64,000 nt of DNA from Magallana gigas (taxonomy: Eukaryota): NCBI RefSeq assembly GCF_963853765.1, contig NC_088855.1, positions 29,698,001-29,762,000 of the forward strand. The letters are read 5' to 3'. Under the pieces are notes generated by a model. It was given only the letters and a program-made list of their open reading frames with translations, was not told the origin of the DNA and ran no database searches. A program made the position numbers and the translations under genes. Shown one piece after another: positions 63,741-64,000 of the stretch; positions within the stretch are counted from its first letter, which is position 1, and each line of letters opens with the position of its first letter.

Positions 63741-63755
63741 CAGTCCTTTATATAC
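63741..63755 (-). promoter_or_regulatory. TATA box of the short ShKT paralogue
   Basis: cagtcctttatatac, identical to 53111-53125, about 80 nt upstream of ATG 63667. Confidence 0.7.
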
Positions 63756-64000
63756 ACCTACTAAACTGTGACGTGATGCTTATGTTGTGATATTAGGTTA
63801 CTTCAATTTGAAATTCATTGTCGTGTAAATTTGAGTTTTGATTTTTGTCAAAAATTATTTTTTCCGTTTTTGATGTTTACAATGCTTCAGTAAGCCATTT
63901 ATGATAGTGGGTGTTGCTAAAACGCGAAACGGAAAACGGAACAAAAAGCAATACGGAAAATGTTATATAATGTTATTTACTTCAGAGATGTGTTTAACAC

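Overview
AT-rich eukaryotic DNA with spliceosomal GT-AG introns. The gene content, MITE types and microsatellites look like a bivalve mollusc, possibly an oyster (inference). All gene models were built by hand from splice signals and reading-frame phase. Left to right: a partial, uncertain minus-strand gene at the left edge; an intronless nucleotide-diphospho-sugar transferase-like (GT77-like) ORF; two head-to-head CUB-like/LDLa/TM paralogues separated by 8.2 kb packed with MITEs, one of them with a TGA in its predicted signal-peptide exon; a small orphan coiled-coil gene; a secreted two-copper tyrosinase; and two tandem minus-strand paralogues for secreted ShKT/VWC-like proteins. The standout is the long paralogue (33161-53035): about 47 exons, including about 36 symmetric phase-1 micro-exons of 12-57 nt that encode a Gly/Thr/Ser/Met-rich linker between six ShKT domains. 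The array has visibly expanded by tandem intron+exon duplication and resembles the architecture of schistosome micro-exon genes. The short paralogue (60620-63667) has the same ends and no array. No rRNA, tRNA or CRISPR features were recognised.
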